DNA of 64,000 nucleotides, from the NCBI GenBank assembly GCA_965649765.1, contig OZ287758.1, positions 41,912,001-41,976,000 of the forward strand. The letters are read 5' to 3'. This stretch comes from Bispira polyomma (Eukaryota). The notes under the pieces were generated by a model. It saw nothing but the letters and a program-made list of their open reading frames with translations. It did no database searches and was not told the DNA's origin. Positions 25,591 to 38,300 of the stretch are shown here, one piece after another; positions within the stretch are counted from its first letter, which is position 1; each line of letters starts with the position of its first letter. A program made the position numbers and the translations under genes.

Positions 25591-27869
25591 TCTATGGTAA
25601 GTAGATCTACTGTAACGATTGACCCAATGGTCTAAACTACAGCTGTACTTCATATAGCACTATACACAACTCCTTGAGTAACCCATTATGATCTTACATA
25701 TAGAAGTAGGTCTAGTGATCAGAAGGTCGTCAGTTAAAATATTGGTATTGTTAGAGTTAGAATTGGAGTAACCTATTCCAAACCAGTGATATATGGTATC
25801 ACTTACAACGATTATAGGCCTTTAAACACTGGTTCGCAATGAGCTATCCCTTACTTGCTTTACAACAATATGGATATAAACGCAATACAAAGGAGTAATT
25901 TATACAAAACAAGAAATAATTTTACGTTTGTCAGGCTTATCTCATTCAGAAGGGTTATCGCATTTGTAATATTAATGCCAATGCATACTTGTTTGACTGT
26001 AAACTCAACAAAAACATATAAATATTTTTATATCACAACTTTAATGTATGTCGATGAGCTATTTTATGTGGAAAAACACATTTCATTTATTTAAGCATCA
26101 ATTTAAATACTAACCTTGAAAATATGATGTACAATATATAAAGATTGATGTTGTTTTACTAAAATTATGTAATTGAGAAATTCTGATTATTGTCCCCCAA
26201 AAATATTTTGTTCTGTACAAAAAATTCAGTAGTTCTTGTTTTTCACAGGAAAGTTAAATACCAGTAAAGACCACAGTGAACACAAGAGGAGCTGTGAATG
26301 CTATTTGTAGATATCTCCAGTTACAGATGAAATAGGCAAATGGAACCAAAGATACAAAACTAAAGGTCCAGATAAATTCCAAAACCATACCAGCAAATGC
26401 CCTCTATTCCGTGGGGAACAGTCCTAGTCTCTATGGTAATATGGCCTGGAATGGAAGAATTGGATAAAATATGTCATATAGCACACCACATTTGTCAAAC
26501 ATAGAAACATAGTCTCCATGATAGCGTGCCTGGAATAGGAGAATTGAATGAAATGTGTAATATATGCAGGGATCTTAGTCAAAGATAGATTAATAGTCTC
26601 CATGATGGCATGGCCTGGAATGGGATAATTGGATTTAGTTTATTGTAGTTGGGTTGTATGTTGTTTTCAACAACTCAGGTCATATCACAAGAGCCAGATT
26701 TAATGGTGGAAGTAACCTGTAATGATCCGATGTAAACCACCCATCTGTGGCAAGTACCTGACAAACTTTCCTATATAAAAGAACAAATGGTTTTCAAACC
26801 CACATCAGTGAAAGGCCAGTGAAAGCGAGGCAGGCAATGGGAGAATTGGAGACATGCTATATACATATCACCATGATCAATCATAATAAGAATAATATAG
26901 TCTGTATTGCAAGCCTCCACTGCAATATGCTAATCATGTTACTCTTGATTTTTACACACCAGTCAAAACAAAAGTCACAACGGCCAGTCATAGTCAAGGT
27001 AACAAGCTCCAGATCGACAGCTTCAGTTAAAATCAAGGTGACAAGCAATAAAGGTTTTAGATGGAATCAACATCACCAACATCATAAATATAGTGAAACT
27101 TGACATCAATATTTATCCAGAAATGGTATTGTAACTATCATGATTGACATTTGTTTTCTGTTTCTATATGTATACAGACCACATGTCTCTAACGTTACAA
27201 TTGGGGTTCCACGGATAATCTACTGCAGCATGGGTAGTACTAGTCTATCAGTGATATTGTTGAGGCAGTATCTCAAAAATACACTAATTTCCTTTTCTCA
27301 AATACTTGCACTGGCTCTGTGGTTAACAATGCTTCAGCACTAGTTTCATTCACCAATGTATCTCGCCGTCGTGACATGACATCTTAAAAGTGGTATAAAA
27401 CTCAGCTGAATTCTAAATCAAATTAAACACAATAATTTCCAAAAAGTTTCAAACATTACAAATAACAAACAGTTTTAAACATCCTTCACAATAAATTAAC
27501 TCATTACAAGAATAAATAAATACACACTAATATGAATCAATTTTGTTACCATAGTAATTACTCACAGTTTATTATAAGGCAAGGCAATGAAGTATACAAG
27601 ATATACCTGTTGTTGGAGTCCATCCACAAACCCCACTATTGTATACATCCACATGTTGACTGAGAAAGCCTGGACAAAAGCAATCACAACATTACTCCAC
27701 AAACAGCCTCGAAAATCTTTCGGCCAAAAGCATTACTAGAATAAATTTTTTATTGATGTAGAACAGTATAGGTTCTCCAGTGATCACATATATTGTATAG
27801 CCTTAAACTCGGAACACTTTTCCGAATTAAATGCCGATTTTAGGCTAAGCTCCTGATAGGTTGTGGTCT

Positions 27870-28088
27870 CCAGTGGCGTAGTGGTTAAGAAGATGGCCTG
27901 GTGATCCGAAGGGTCCTGAGTTTGACGTCCAATGATGCTGTTAGGTTCATTGGTGGAATAACATCCTTGGGCAAGTTGTGAACATGCCATTGCCTACTGA
28001 TGACGACCTAGTCTATGTTGTAGGAGTCATGATTGGTTTATTGGTGTGGATGTTGCATTTTAGAAAATGCCTCACATTAATAAAGTGC
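27870..28088 (+). mobile_element. tRNA-derived SINE family 3 (CORE-like CCTTGGGCAAG, L2-like tail); relatives near 1715-1940, 7690-8030, 9085-9230
   Basis: A/B boxes, ACATCCTTGGGCAAG, tail GTTGCA(C/T)TTTAGAA.ATG...AATAAA. Confidence 0.7.
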
Positions 28089-28573
28089 AAAAAAAAAATT
28101 ATAATACAATAGAGCTCATGGTGACTCATAGACAACTTTCCATAACTTGTGACAACTATGGTTAAATTGTCATGGCAGACAGGAAAAAAAACTGTCAATT
28201 TGCTTAAAATCTTTGGGAACTTGTGGTAACTCTTGCATGTATTTAAGAGCTAAGAGCCAAGCAAGAAGATTTTAGCACAAGCTGGTCTGGATTTCAATCA
28301 TAGGTTAGTTGGACTCTTTCAGCATAATTTAGTCAAACTTGGTTTTTATGTATGTGACAGTATCCTTAATCTCAAATACCACATGCATAGGTTTCAGATT
28401 TAAGGGGATGACTGCAATAGGTTTACCAGTACATGTGCATTGATATCATACCCTTGTAATTCTCAGGGTTGACTATTATATGAAGCCTTTTTTGATATAT
28501 GGTATTAGTAGAATATATGTGTGAATCACCTACAAACCATAGCTAAGATATATATTATTTCTTCACAATCAAA

Positions 28574-28736
28574 GGGGGCTGCGGTGGCCTAGTGGTTAGC
28601 AAGCATTGCGCTTCACAATCACTGGTCTTTCATCAACTGTATGCAGAGTTTTCTCTAGTGTTTCCAACTACCTCTCCCAATATAACCGATTAAAAGGTAC
28701 TAAAGTGGACGTTACATACCCCAATTCAAATTCCAA
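28574..28736 (+). mobile_element. SINE family 1, internally deleted
   Basis: Head and tail present; TSD TTC(T/C)TCACAATCAAA. Confidence 0.85.
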
Positions 28737-29059
28737 TTCCTCACAATCAAAATCAATCGGTGATCAGTGGTTTACAGAGCTCCGGTACTAGTTTCTTCCA
28801 CCATTAAATCTGGCCACCAAGATATGACCGTAGCTGTTGCCAACGAAACAAAATTTTTATTCCAATTCTATAGTTATGTGTTATGGGCTAGCTCCAGTTC
28901 TTCTGTGGTCAAAAAGAGGAAAGTTAGCACTTTGAGTACCACAACCCAGGGAAATATTTTATTGATAAATCAGCAACATTTGTGACGGTTTTTTAACGAT
29001 GTATTATTTCTCTCCTCCAACTCCAGGGTGTAAGGTTTACAACTTGTTCGATTCCTGCA

Positions 29060-29700
29060 CTCTTTCAGAGCAGGATGCTCTACAACTTATGAAATCCTCT
29101 CCTCTTAAATCTTGTCAATTAGATCCTATCCCAGCGGTTATTCTTAATCAATGCCTTGGCATTCTAGTCACACTCATAACTAACACATTAAATTTTTCTC
29201 TTCGGGATCGTATTTTTCCCACCTGTTTTAGGACTGCAAATATAACTCCCTTCATAAAAGTCAAAAGCTTGATAAGAACCAGCTCAAAAACTACAGACTG
29301 TTGTCAAACCTCAGCTTTGTCTCTAAAGTTATTGAGAAAGCTGTAGCACAAAAATTTTCTGACCACCTCAACAGACATAACATCAAAAATCGTCACCTAC
29401 AGAAAGTTCTCTTTGTTCTATCAGCAATGATATCAATCCTTCACTGGACCGCAAGAAAAAAGTGGCCCTCACCCTTTTAGATCTTTCAGCAGCATTCGAC
29501 ACTATTATTCATGGCCTGCTCCGCAACACTCTCAAGCAGTGGTTTGGAATAAATGGCATTGTCCTAAATGAATCAGATCCTAGCTCACTCTAAGAGGACA
29601 AAGAATTAAATTAGATGATTATCTATCATCTTCCATAAACCTATCATACGGAGTAAGTACCCCAGAGATCTGTCCTTGGGCCTCTAGTTTTTACCCTTGA
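29060..29700 (+). mobile_element. Older L2/CR1 LINE RT fragment
   Basis: [42 protein letters not shown]. Confidence 0.8.
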
Positions 29701-32143
29701 TACACACCCTCTCAATAAGTCTATCTCTCCCAAGGTACATCACACATTTTTTATTTGTGTACTTTTTCTTCGCAAAGATATACAAGAAACGTAAGCAGCC
29801 TTGCAAGACTGAGCCTAGAAAAAGGCTAAAAAAGGCTCACACGAGCAGGCCTGATGTTTTTAGTATTTTAGTTATATTTTATATTTTACATAGTCCCTTT
29901 ACAACTACATGGTAATTTCAGTACATACATATATAAATACGTCTACAATAATAGTGTAAATAATTTAAGTAGTACAGTAATTAGTCTAGAAAGTAACAAT
30001 ATAGTAGGTAACCCTTCAGGTTAAGGTCACCTCAAACCACTGAATGTGGTGGTTCCACTTACAAGTACGATTGGCAAAATGGGCCCAATTTTGAGATCTG
30101 GTTGTTGAAAATCATTAAATTTAATATATTGGGCACGAAAACGAAAATGTGGGGCAACCTTCCAGATTGAACCGATTGTGTCCTATTTTGACTGGACACC
30201 AATCATGATCGAGCTTGAAGTCTGTACAACTTTGAATCTAAAGCTGACCCGGCCTCCCTGACCGTATCGGCAATAGGATCTGACGGGTCTATATCCAGAT
30301 CCCTCAGGATCAAACCTGTAATAATCAAGTTTGGGACTGCTATGCCAACACTATCTGACCCTATATATACATACCCCTTTTGAGCCTTAAAACTCATTCA
30401 TTATTGAGTGGAAAATTGGGTAGAAATGCCAGCAATCGACGAACGAGAATGTATGAGGAGGGTAGGTGTCTTCTTCTTTTTTTTGAATCCTGCAGACTGG
30501 ATAAAACTTAAAAAATAATACAGAAATAGATCTTCTATTTCATGAACTTTCCATTATTCAAACAAAATCTTGACCTCGCTAGATTATAATAAAGGGTGCA
30601 CTGTATCTTCTTAAGGTAAATTTGTGATTATTTATTAAATAATTTTTCCACATTGTACATTTTACAAAATATAGTGATGTAGCAGTGACATTTGCTTATA
30701 CACTAACAATTTGTAACTAAAAAGGCATATAGTAGATCACATACCTCCGCTAAGGTGCCACAGTGTCAAATGCCGAAAAATAACAATCTAAATATTTGAT
30801 TTTGATGAAGTCACTGCATTCCCCACACCCCACAATGTATGTTTTCCTACTGCTTTATAATGAAGTCACCTGAACAAATTTTTGCTCTGCCAGCATGTTC
30901 GAATAATAGAGCTTCTAGGGTAGATGCACAGGCAATTGGTTACTCCAACAGGTGTAAACTGTTTTTTGTTTACTAATAATACCGGCGATAAGGTTTTGGA
31001 ACCATATCATAAACTTTAAAAATGTAATCGGTTTTCTTCAAAAAACATAATAAAGCATATTTTTTTGGACACAAACTCCGTTTTGTACATACACAAGTAA
31101 TATCTGTCAAGTTTTTGGTTACCACTCATTTGAAGGAACAGTACTGCAGATATATTCACCACATATAACACATGGGTTCATAATGGGCACAACTTTGTTT
31201 AGCATTGATTTAAGCTTGTTAAAAAAAGACAGCCGCCATGTCCAGCAATGTGAAAATATTTTTTATTATATATTCAAGACACCTGCTTATTAAAGTTAAA
31301 CTATACCATCACAGGGAGAAAGATAAATAAAGTACACATGCATATTATGACACTTGTCAATTACAACTAAAGGTAAAATTATGTATTAGATAAATTTCTA
31401 CAAAATTGTAAAAGTCATTCTGGATTGAAAATCAACTCTGAATCTCTGGCTAAAGTCAAGTACAAAGTGAGAGTATAATAAAATTCAGTACTGAAAATTC
31501 ATCGAAAATGAATAGCTTAAGTACAGGTGATTTGCTCATCGAGAGAATTGCACATAGTCTTCCTTTGAGTTGAGTCTGAGCTTGAGTGTCTTTTGAGAAT
31601 ATCACACCTCAGATTCAATTACTTCAGTTCAAAGTGAAAATGAACAACACAGATATTACTTACTTGCAGCACTTATGTACACCAGATCTATTCAGAGAAA
31701 TAACTTTAATCTTATGCGCCTTTTATTTTAGTCTGTTTTCATCTACTAATATCAGCGTTTCTCTTCAGCACACTTAAACATAGAACACTATTTAATAATT
31801 TTTAACAGCATCAAGGTTGAAATCACCGCCAACTTAAAACTTTGAGGGATTCCAGAACTTCCAAATCTCTTTAGTAGGTATGTACAGTTTGTCACAAGCA
31901 AAACAGAACTACAGAGCCAAATGACGATTAGTTATATTTGATATAAATTTATAAAAATGTATTTTCTGAGCTTACATTATCACTATAATGCTTGCACACT
32001 GTGTTTATTATAGCTTTAGACATTTCTCACAAGACATGTCTAAAAGAAATATCATTGTATAATTATTTTATGTTGATTTTATGTATCTTGGGACTGCGGC
32101 TTGGTAGTACAAATATAAAGTTTCTTCCTTCTTCTTTAAGGGG

Positions 32144-32314
32144 TTACAACTTATCTCTTCCCGGTGGCTTAGATGACCTTCTGAACTTTTCCACCTGTTC
32201 TATGGTGTCAGGAAGAGGCTCATGTCTGGTCTCAGGTAGAAGAAGTACAAGACCTCCACTAACGAGCGATGATGCACCAATAATCAATGACGGTAAGACA
32301 GGATAATTTCTCGT
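32144..32314 (-). CDS. SLC22 copy B exon 12 (last)
   Basis: TRNYPVLPSLIIGASSLVSGGLVLLLPETRHEPLPDTIEQVEKFRRSSKPPGRDKL*. Confidence 0.9.
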   Translation of the reverse strand, partial: TRNYPVLPSLIIGASSLVSGGLVLLLPETRHEPLPDTIEQVEKFRRSSKPPGRDKL

Positions 32315-35300
32315 CTGAAATGGTGAAATAAAATAACAAATATTAATCTTAGTTGGTATGAAAAATAACTTTCAATAAACAATCTAACTTGGAGTATGAC
32401 ATTGGGACAATCTATTTCAGGAAGAACAATAAATTTATTCTGAAAATATAATTTTTCTCAAAGTAAAACCTAAATTGACAAAGTTTGTGTATGAGAGTGA
32501 TAATGAAATCTTTTGATGTAAATTATTCCTTCTGGATGCTCTTTGGGTTTTATTCTCTTTTTTGAAAAGAACAAAAATAAATGAAATGACATTAAAGTAC
32601 AAAGAGTATCTATTATTCATATGATATGACTTTTAATGCGCCTAATTGATGCCAGGCATCTTTTAAGCGCAACTTTATTGACAAAGTTGGTAAAATCGTA
32701 GTCCATTTATTGGAGCCACTTTTATCCGAATTTCAGTTTTAATACCCCACTTTCAGTCTCATAAAAACGTCTTCATATTGCTATTCCTATAAGCCTAGAG
32801 TGGGGATAAACAAGATGGTTGCCAAGGTAACTGTTTTCAAAAATAGTTTATGGTCATTTACGTCCGAACCACTTCAGCTAGAACCCCGAAGGTGAACTTT
32901 AAAGTTAAAATTTAAAGTCAAAATCAAGAAATTCAATGTTCGTACAATGTTAAGGTCATGTCTATTTGTATGCTAAATATGAAAGCGCTGCACTAGCAGC
33001 AAGTTTGTTGTTGACGGATTGACGGATGGACAGACTGAAAACAATGCTTCCTCCTGGTGTTGCACAATGACATTGTAATTCTATTCAAGGGAATAACATA
33101 CTACCTAGTTATGTAAGTCGGTACCCCTGAAGTAAAATCTAGTGTAATATATAATATGAGCCACTTACCAGCACACGGAACAGAGGAGCAGTGAAATGTG
33201 CCGCTCGGGCAAATATAGATGATGTGCCCAGACCGACACTACGCATGTTGGTAGGGTAAAGTTCCGGAGTGTGGACATAGACCCCAGCAAAAGAACAGGT
33301 AAAGCCCATCTTTCCCAGAACACTGAGTGTGATGATAAGCCAGGTATAGCTGCTACTCCAGTCTATAAAACAAAAAGTGTTGCAGTCCCTGGGGAACAGT
33401 GATAAATAACCATGTGGTCTACAAGGGTGGATAGTACTTAATTTACTTTACAAATACTTTATGAAACACACCATTGCTTACTGATGATGACCCAGGCTAT
33501 GTTGAAGGGCATATGATCGGTTGATTGTTTTGGCTGTTGCACTTTGGAATATGTGTTGCATCAAATACGCATTAAATGTATTAATAAAGAAATAATACTA
33601 AATAATTATTCATTTGATATAGCATTAATACAATATAATACAATGATCTCTACTTTGTTTGGAATTGTGCAGATGTATAGATTAGGATGTAGATAAAAGG
33701 GATTATACAAGAGATATGTTTACTGTTTTACTAAGTATCTCTCTCCGTGAGAATACAGACTTTCTTTACTGACCATATATTCTGATAACTGTTCCCATCA
33801 ATGCTACTCCTGCAGCAATGTAGTAGATACACAGGGACAGTCTACGACCAACACTGTAACATATTATATGTAAACATTGTACAGTTAGAACTACAATGAA
33901 ACCTCTATTATCTCAACAGGTTGTCAGAGCAAGATTCTGTTGTAATAATAGAAAGTTCATAAGTATAGGTAAAGATACATATTCGTAGAAAATAGAGTAT
34001 AGTTATCAAGGTCGTTGTATTGCAATCATTGTACTCTGATTTATACGCATACAACTACCTTCATCTGGTATTCAGAGTGCTAATTACCCTTTCCTGACGG
34101 CAACAGACAACTGGTTTAGTTACTGTCATTCCCCAAACTGAAGAAAGAAGGCTTGAGGATGACCCTTTATCTTTAGCCTGCCACGGGATCCAACAGACAA
34201 GACAGACAACTTACAAGATTTTCTAGTTCCACCTACCATAATGCCAATGCAATGCAATGTTTTCTCCAGCGTTTCCAACTACCCGTCCCAATATAACCTA
34301 AACAGGTACTAGAATGCACGTTAAATATCCCAATTTAAAAAAACTACAAAAACATGTTGGGATAGCAAGGTTTTGTTTATAAATGAAAGTTATTTAAAGA
34401 CATTAAAGACACATTACTTTATTAAACCATCCTTTTTGGAGAGCCCAAATGATTTAATGTAATAAAATTTGGGGGAAACAGAAGGTAGGATAATACAATT
34501 TGAATATACACTAGTCAAAATAAAATAGGACTCAGACATATAAATTTTAATTTCAAAAGTGTGGACAATTTTTATTATTTTGATATGTGTTTGTATTAAC
34601 ACATCTATTTTCCTCATTTCAAGCTATTGTTGCTTTTCTATAAATATTTCTTTAATGAATTACCAAGCAAAGAAGGTGAATGAGCAATCCAAAGTCACAA
34701 GCACAGGACAACATATGTCAAGAACATGAAAGTTCTCTTTCACTTGCCAATTTATTGAAAAATTAACTGTTAATAGTGGGTTGTAACCCTATTAAGGTTA
34801 TTACACTCAGTACAATGTCTTTGCATAGTCAGGCTTATAGAGTGTTCTGGATCATAATCCAGCTGTTCCAATGTGGTCATGCAGATCCAGGCCCTCAGAA
34901 AGAGTGAGAAATCCCGGAAAAGCAAATCATCCGGAATACTGTTGTGACTATTCAAAAACATTATATGGAGTGCATAAACCTAAATGGGAGTAGAACCCAC
35001 TATTAAAAGGTAATTATTAAAAAAATTGCAAGTTAAAGACAACGTCTGTTTTCTTGACATCTGTAAATCTGTGTGCTTGTGACTTTAGATTTCTTGCCCA
35101 TCACACGATTTTCTGTGTAATGTTCTAAGGAAAAAAATATTATTTTTTGAAGTAACAAGAGCATAGAATAAGGAAAATAGATATGTTAATACTAATACAT
35201 ATAAAAATAATTAAAATTGACCACACTTTTGAAATTACCTACATTACAGTCCTATTTTATTTTGACCAGTGTAGTTCGTGCTTGCAACACCTTAGGTCAT

Positions 35301-38300
35301 ATCACGATGGCCAGATTTAATGGTGAAAGAAACCAGTGCTGAATCAATGTAAAAACCACCGACTTACAAAGTACTTGACAAACCTTAACACATGAAGGAA
35401 TGTGATATGAACCACCATTGGTGATAGGTCAGTGATTGTTAGCAGTAAAGATAATATAGCGTTCCAGTGTACACATACATCAAAGGTCACATTTTAAACT
35501 GGTGCTATACATACTTACGCGTATCTACATTAGGTTGTTGTCCTAACTACTAACCACATTTTAAACTTGTACCCTACATACTTACGCGTATCTACAGTAG
35601 GTTTTTGTTCTAACTACTAACCACATTTTCAACTGGTAAACTACATACTAACACATATCTACAGTAGGTTTTTGCCCTAACTACTAACCACATTTTAAAC
35701 TGGTAACCTATTAATTAATCAAACCTGACTAGAGTCTGTCTTTATGCTTATTACTGAATATGTCAGCCTTTAGACTGGTAACCTTTTTAAACTAAACTGG
35801 CAACCTAGTAACTTAACAGAGACTAAAGTAGGTTTTTGTCCTACTGAAAAATAACTGAAGTAGCTATTTATCCTTCATCATTACATTTATGATTACAATA
35901 TAGCCTGGTATCCTAAGGAAGGACTTACAGGTTACCAAATTTTACATTGGTGACCCAATGACCTATAACAGATTAGAGTAGGTCTTGATCATGATTACTT
36001 ACATCAATGACTAAAGCAGACTGGTAACCTAACCTCTGAATAGGGACAATAATTGCGCTTTGTTCTGATTATTTACAGCTTCAGTAGACTGGTGGCCTAA
36101 ATACTTTTCGACTCATTGGAGAATGTCTTTGTCCAGGGTTAGTATATTCACAAAAATTCTTATTCGTAGACTTTTATTTTAACCAATTTGATTTACTGAA
36201 AATATTTTTGAAAAATCTGATTGGCTGAACCTCATTAGAGAATTAGAAGAATTGCATTATAGGAATGTTTGTAAATATGGCCCCTGATCACTTATATAAC
36301 AGTGACTATTATAAAATAGCCTGATTATTTACAACTGATTACAGTAGAGGTCTATTCTGATTACATACTTCAGAGACTGAACTAGACTGGTAACCTAATC
36401 ACATATAAGTAGCGATACGTCACTCCTTACCTCCAAAAACTATACTGGCTTTCTTTCACATTCACTCTAGGATTTTGTTCAAAATTAATATTAAATCATT
36501 CAAGGCTGAAGTCACTCAACAACCTTCCTATCTCGCTTCCCTTCTCTCTTTTAGTAACCTAAAGAGAGGCAATAGCCTTTCTGTTTCTTCTTTTAGACCC
36601 ACCAGGAAGGCACGATCCAGAGGCAGGATCAAGAGCTTCGACCATTGCAGCTCAGATCAGTAGACACACTTACTGGTTTTAGAGAAAAAGCTCGAAACCT
36701 ATCTTGTTCACCTCGCCAACCCACCCTAGTTCTCTCCTGTGCACCTCCCCCTTATGACATTTAAAAAGGACGAGATATTTTAATATTATAAAAGAATAAT
36801 CAAAGATATAAATTTGGGAGAGTTGAAATATGTTCATCAAATCAAATAGACTATTGGTATACTAGAAGTTTGGATAATAAAGGTTATATTGTAAATTTAT
36901 TTTTATTGGTTTTACACTATTAAATGTTTCTAAACAACATGGCCTTAAATAAGTACAGAATGAATACCGTACTTAATTATTTCAAAAAGTTAAAAAAAAA
37001 TATGATGAACATATTTTCCGTGATTGTGGTTCTGAGCTTGCAATGTTACAGAAACTTTAAAAAAGGTGACATAAAAAGAAATTAAATGATGTAATGCATT
37101 GTATAACTGTTAATATGTAAGCCTTTTAAGATGAAATAAGAAATTGAATGTGAAACTAGATAATGTCTTGAACTATTCATTTCACCTAATGGCTCTCGAT
37201 GTGTGCCTTGGAGACTTTTTTCAGTGTATTAGGCACTATAGAAGCCATTTCATTACATTTGATTCTGTCATATTATTCATAACTAACCTAATGTGTGGTT
37301 CACATTGTAATGGTATGACGGTGCAGTTAGAGCAGGTTTAAAAATCACCATGTAGCAGAGACAACCCAATCTGTAACTTCCACTAAGTTTAGCTTCCTGT
37401 ACAAACCTTCTGCAGGCAGCCGTGCCAGATGGATGTTTTGGAGAGGGTAAAACCTTTCACCTCACCAAGGCAGAAAAATTCTTCCGCCCATTTCCATAGT
37501 ATTTCCATATCATTAACGTAAGTCCTCTGTCCAGTAATCGACTGTTTTTGTCTGCTACCGACTCTTTCGACTATTTATTAATTGCTACTGTGACTCTTCA
37601 GTGTCAATAATTGGTTGTTACCGTCTGTAAAACTTATCTGGACAACTTTCAGCAGGTATATTTCCCCAAGATAAAACAGCCGATCCAACAGACAAGACAG
37701 ACAACTTACAAGATTTTCTAGTACCACCTATCATACTGCCAATGTGTGAAACAAACATTAGGCACTATTATAAGGTATAATCTTTGAATGGTATTATAAT
37801 TATTGTGTTTACTGTACCAATAGGTTATTACTGCAGGTCAACTCACTAATAAAACATGATCCACAAGATGATATATGCCGGGACTTCTATGATGGAGTAG
37901 AGCAGTGCATTGACATATCTGTTTCCTGGTAGATAGGTCACTGTCAAGGAAATAGCATTGTAACCAAGAGAGGCAACAAACCTGTCGTCAAAAAAGACAT
38001 AATACATAATATGTACTTTAAATTAGTAAAATAGAAGTTACTAGAATGGCCAAACAAGAGAAGAATGACCTGGCGGCCATATTATGATAATGCCACTACA
38101 AAGCAAGTTACTGATGATTGAGTCCGAAAATAATGAAACAGTTACTAGTTAGCGATTTGCAATGGATTTCGAGAGCCATCTACTGTTGGTACCTAGTAAG
38201 TTAAACCAAAGGAAAAATTCAAATCTAAGACATCTATGTATAAACAACCAAATAACCTGAAAAAATGTTTTAATAATTTATTTTGATAAATTTATTTTTC

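Larger units (their letters stand above)
20221..27735 (-). pseudogene. SLC22 pseudogene (copy C), a more diverged paralog
   Basis: Exon 5 at 27735-27607 (4-nt deletion). Exon 6 at ~26445-26262 (in-frame TAGs, frameshift). Exon 9 at 23374-23240 (open). Exon 10 at 21158-21079 (IGKRNLMAMYFTLGGLALLGT; donor GT->CT). Exon 11 at 20414-20221 (PELYPTNM*, Arg->TGA). Same order as A and B; exons 1-4, 7, 8 and 12 were not confidently found. Confidence 0.88.

Noticed and set aside
28100-28195. Possible pseudogene C exon 4 (FFPVCHDN vs FSLVCGKN)
   Set aside because: Similarity is too short and the rest does not align.
31992-32306. 104-aa plus-strand ORF
   Set aside because: Antisense to SLC22 copy B exon 12 and its 3' UTR.
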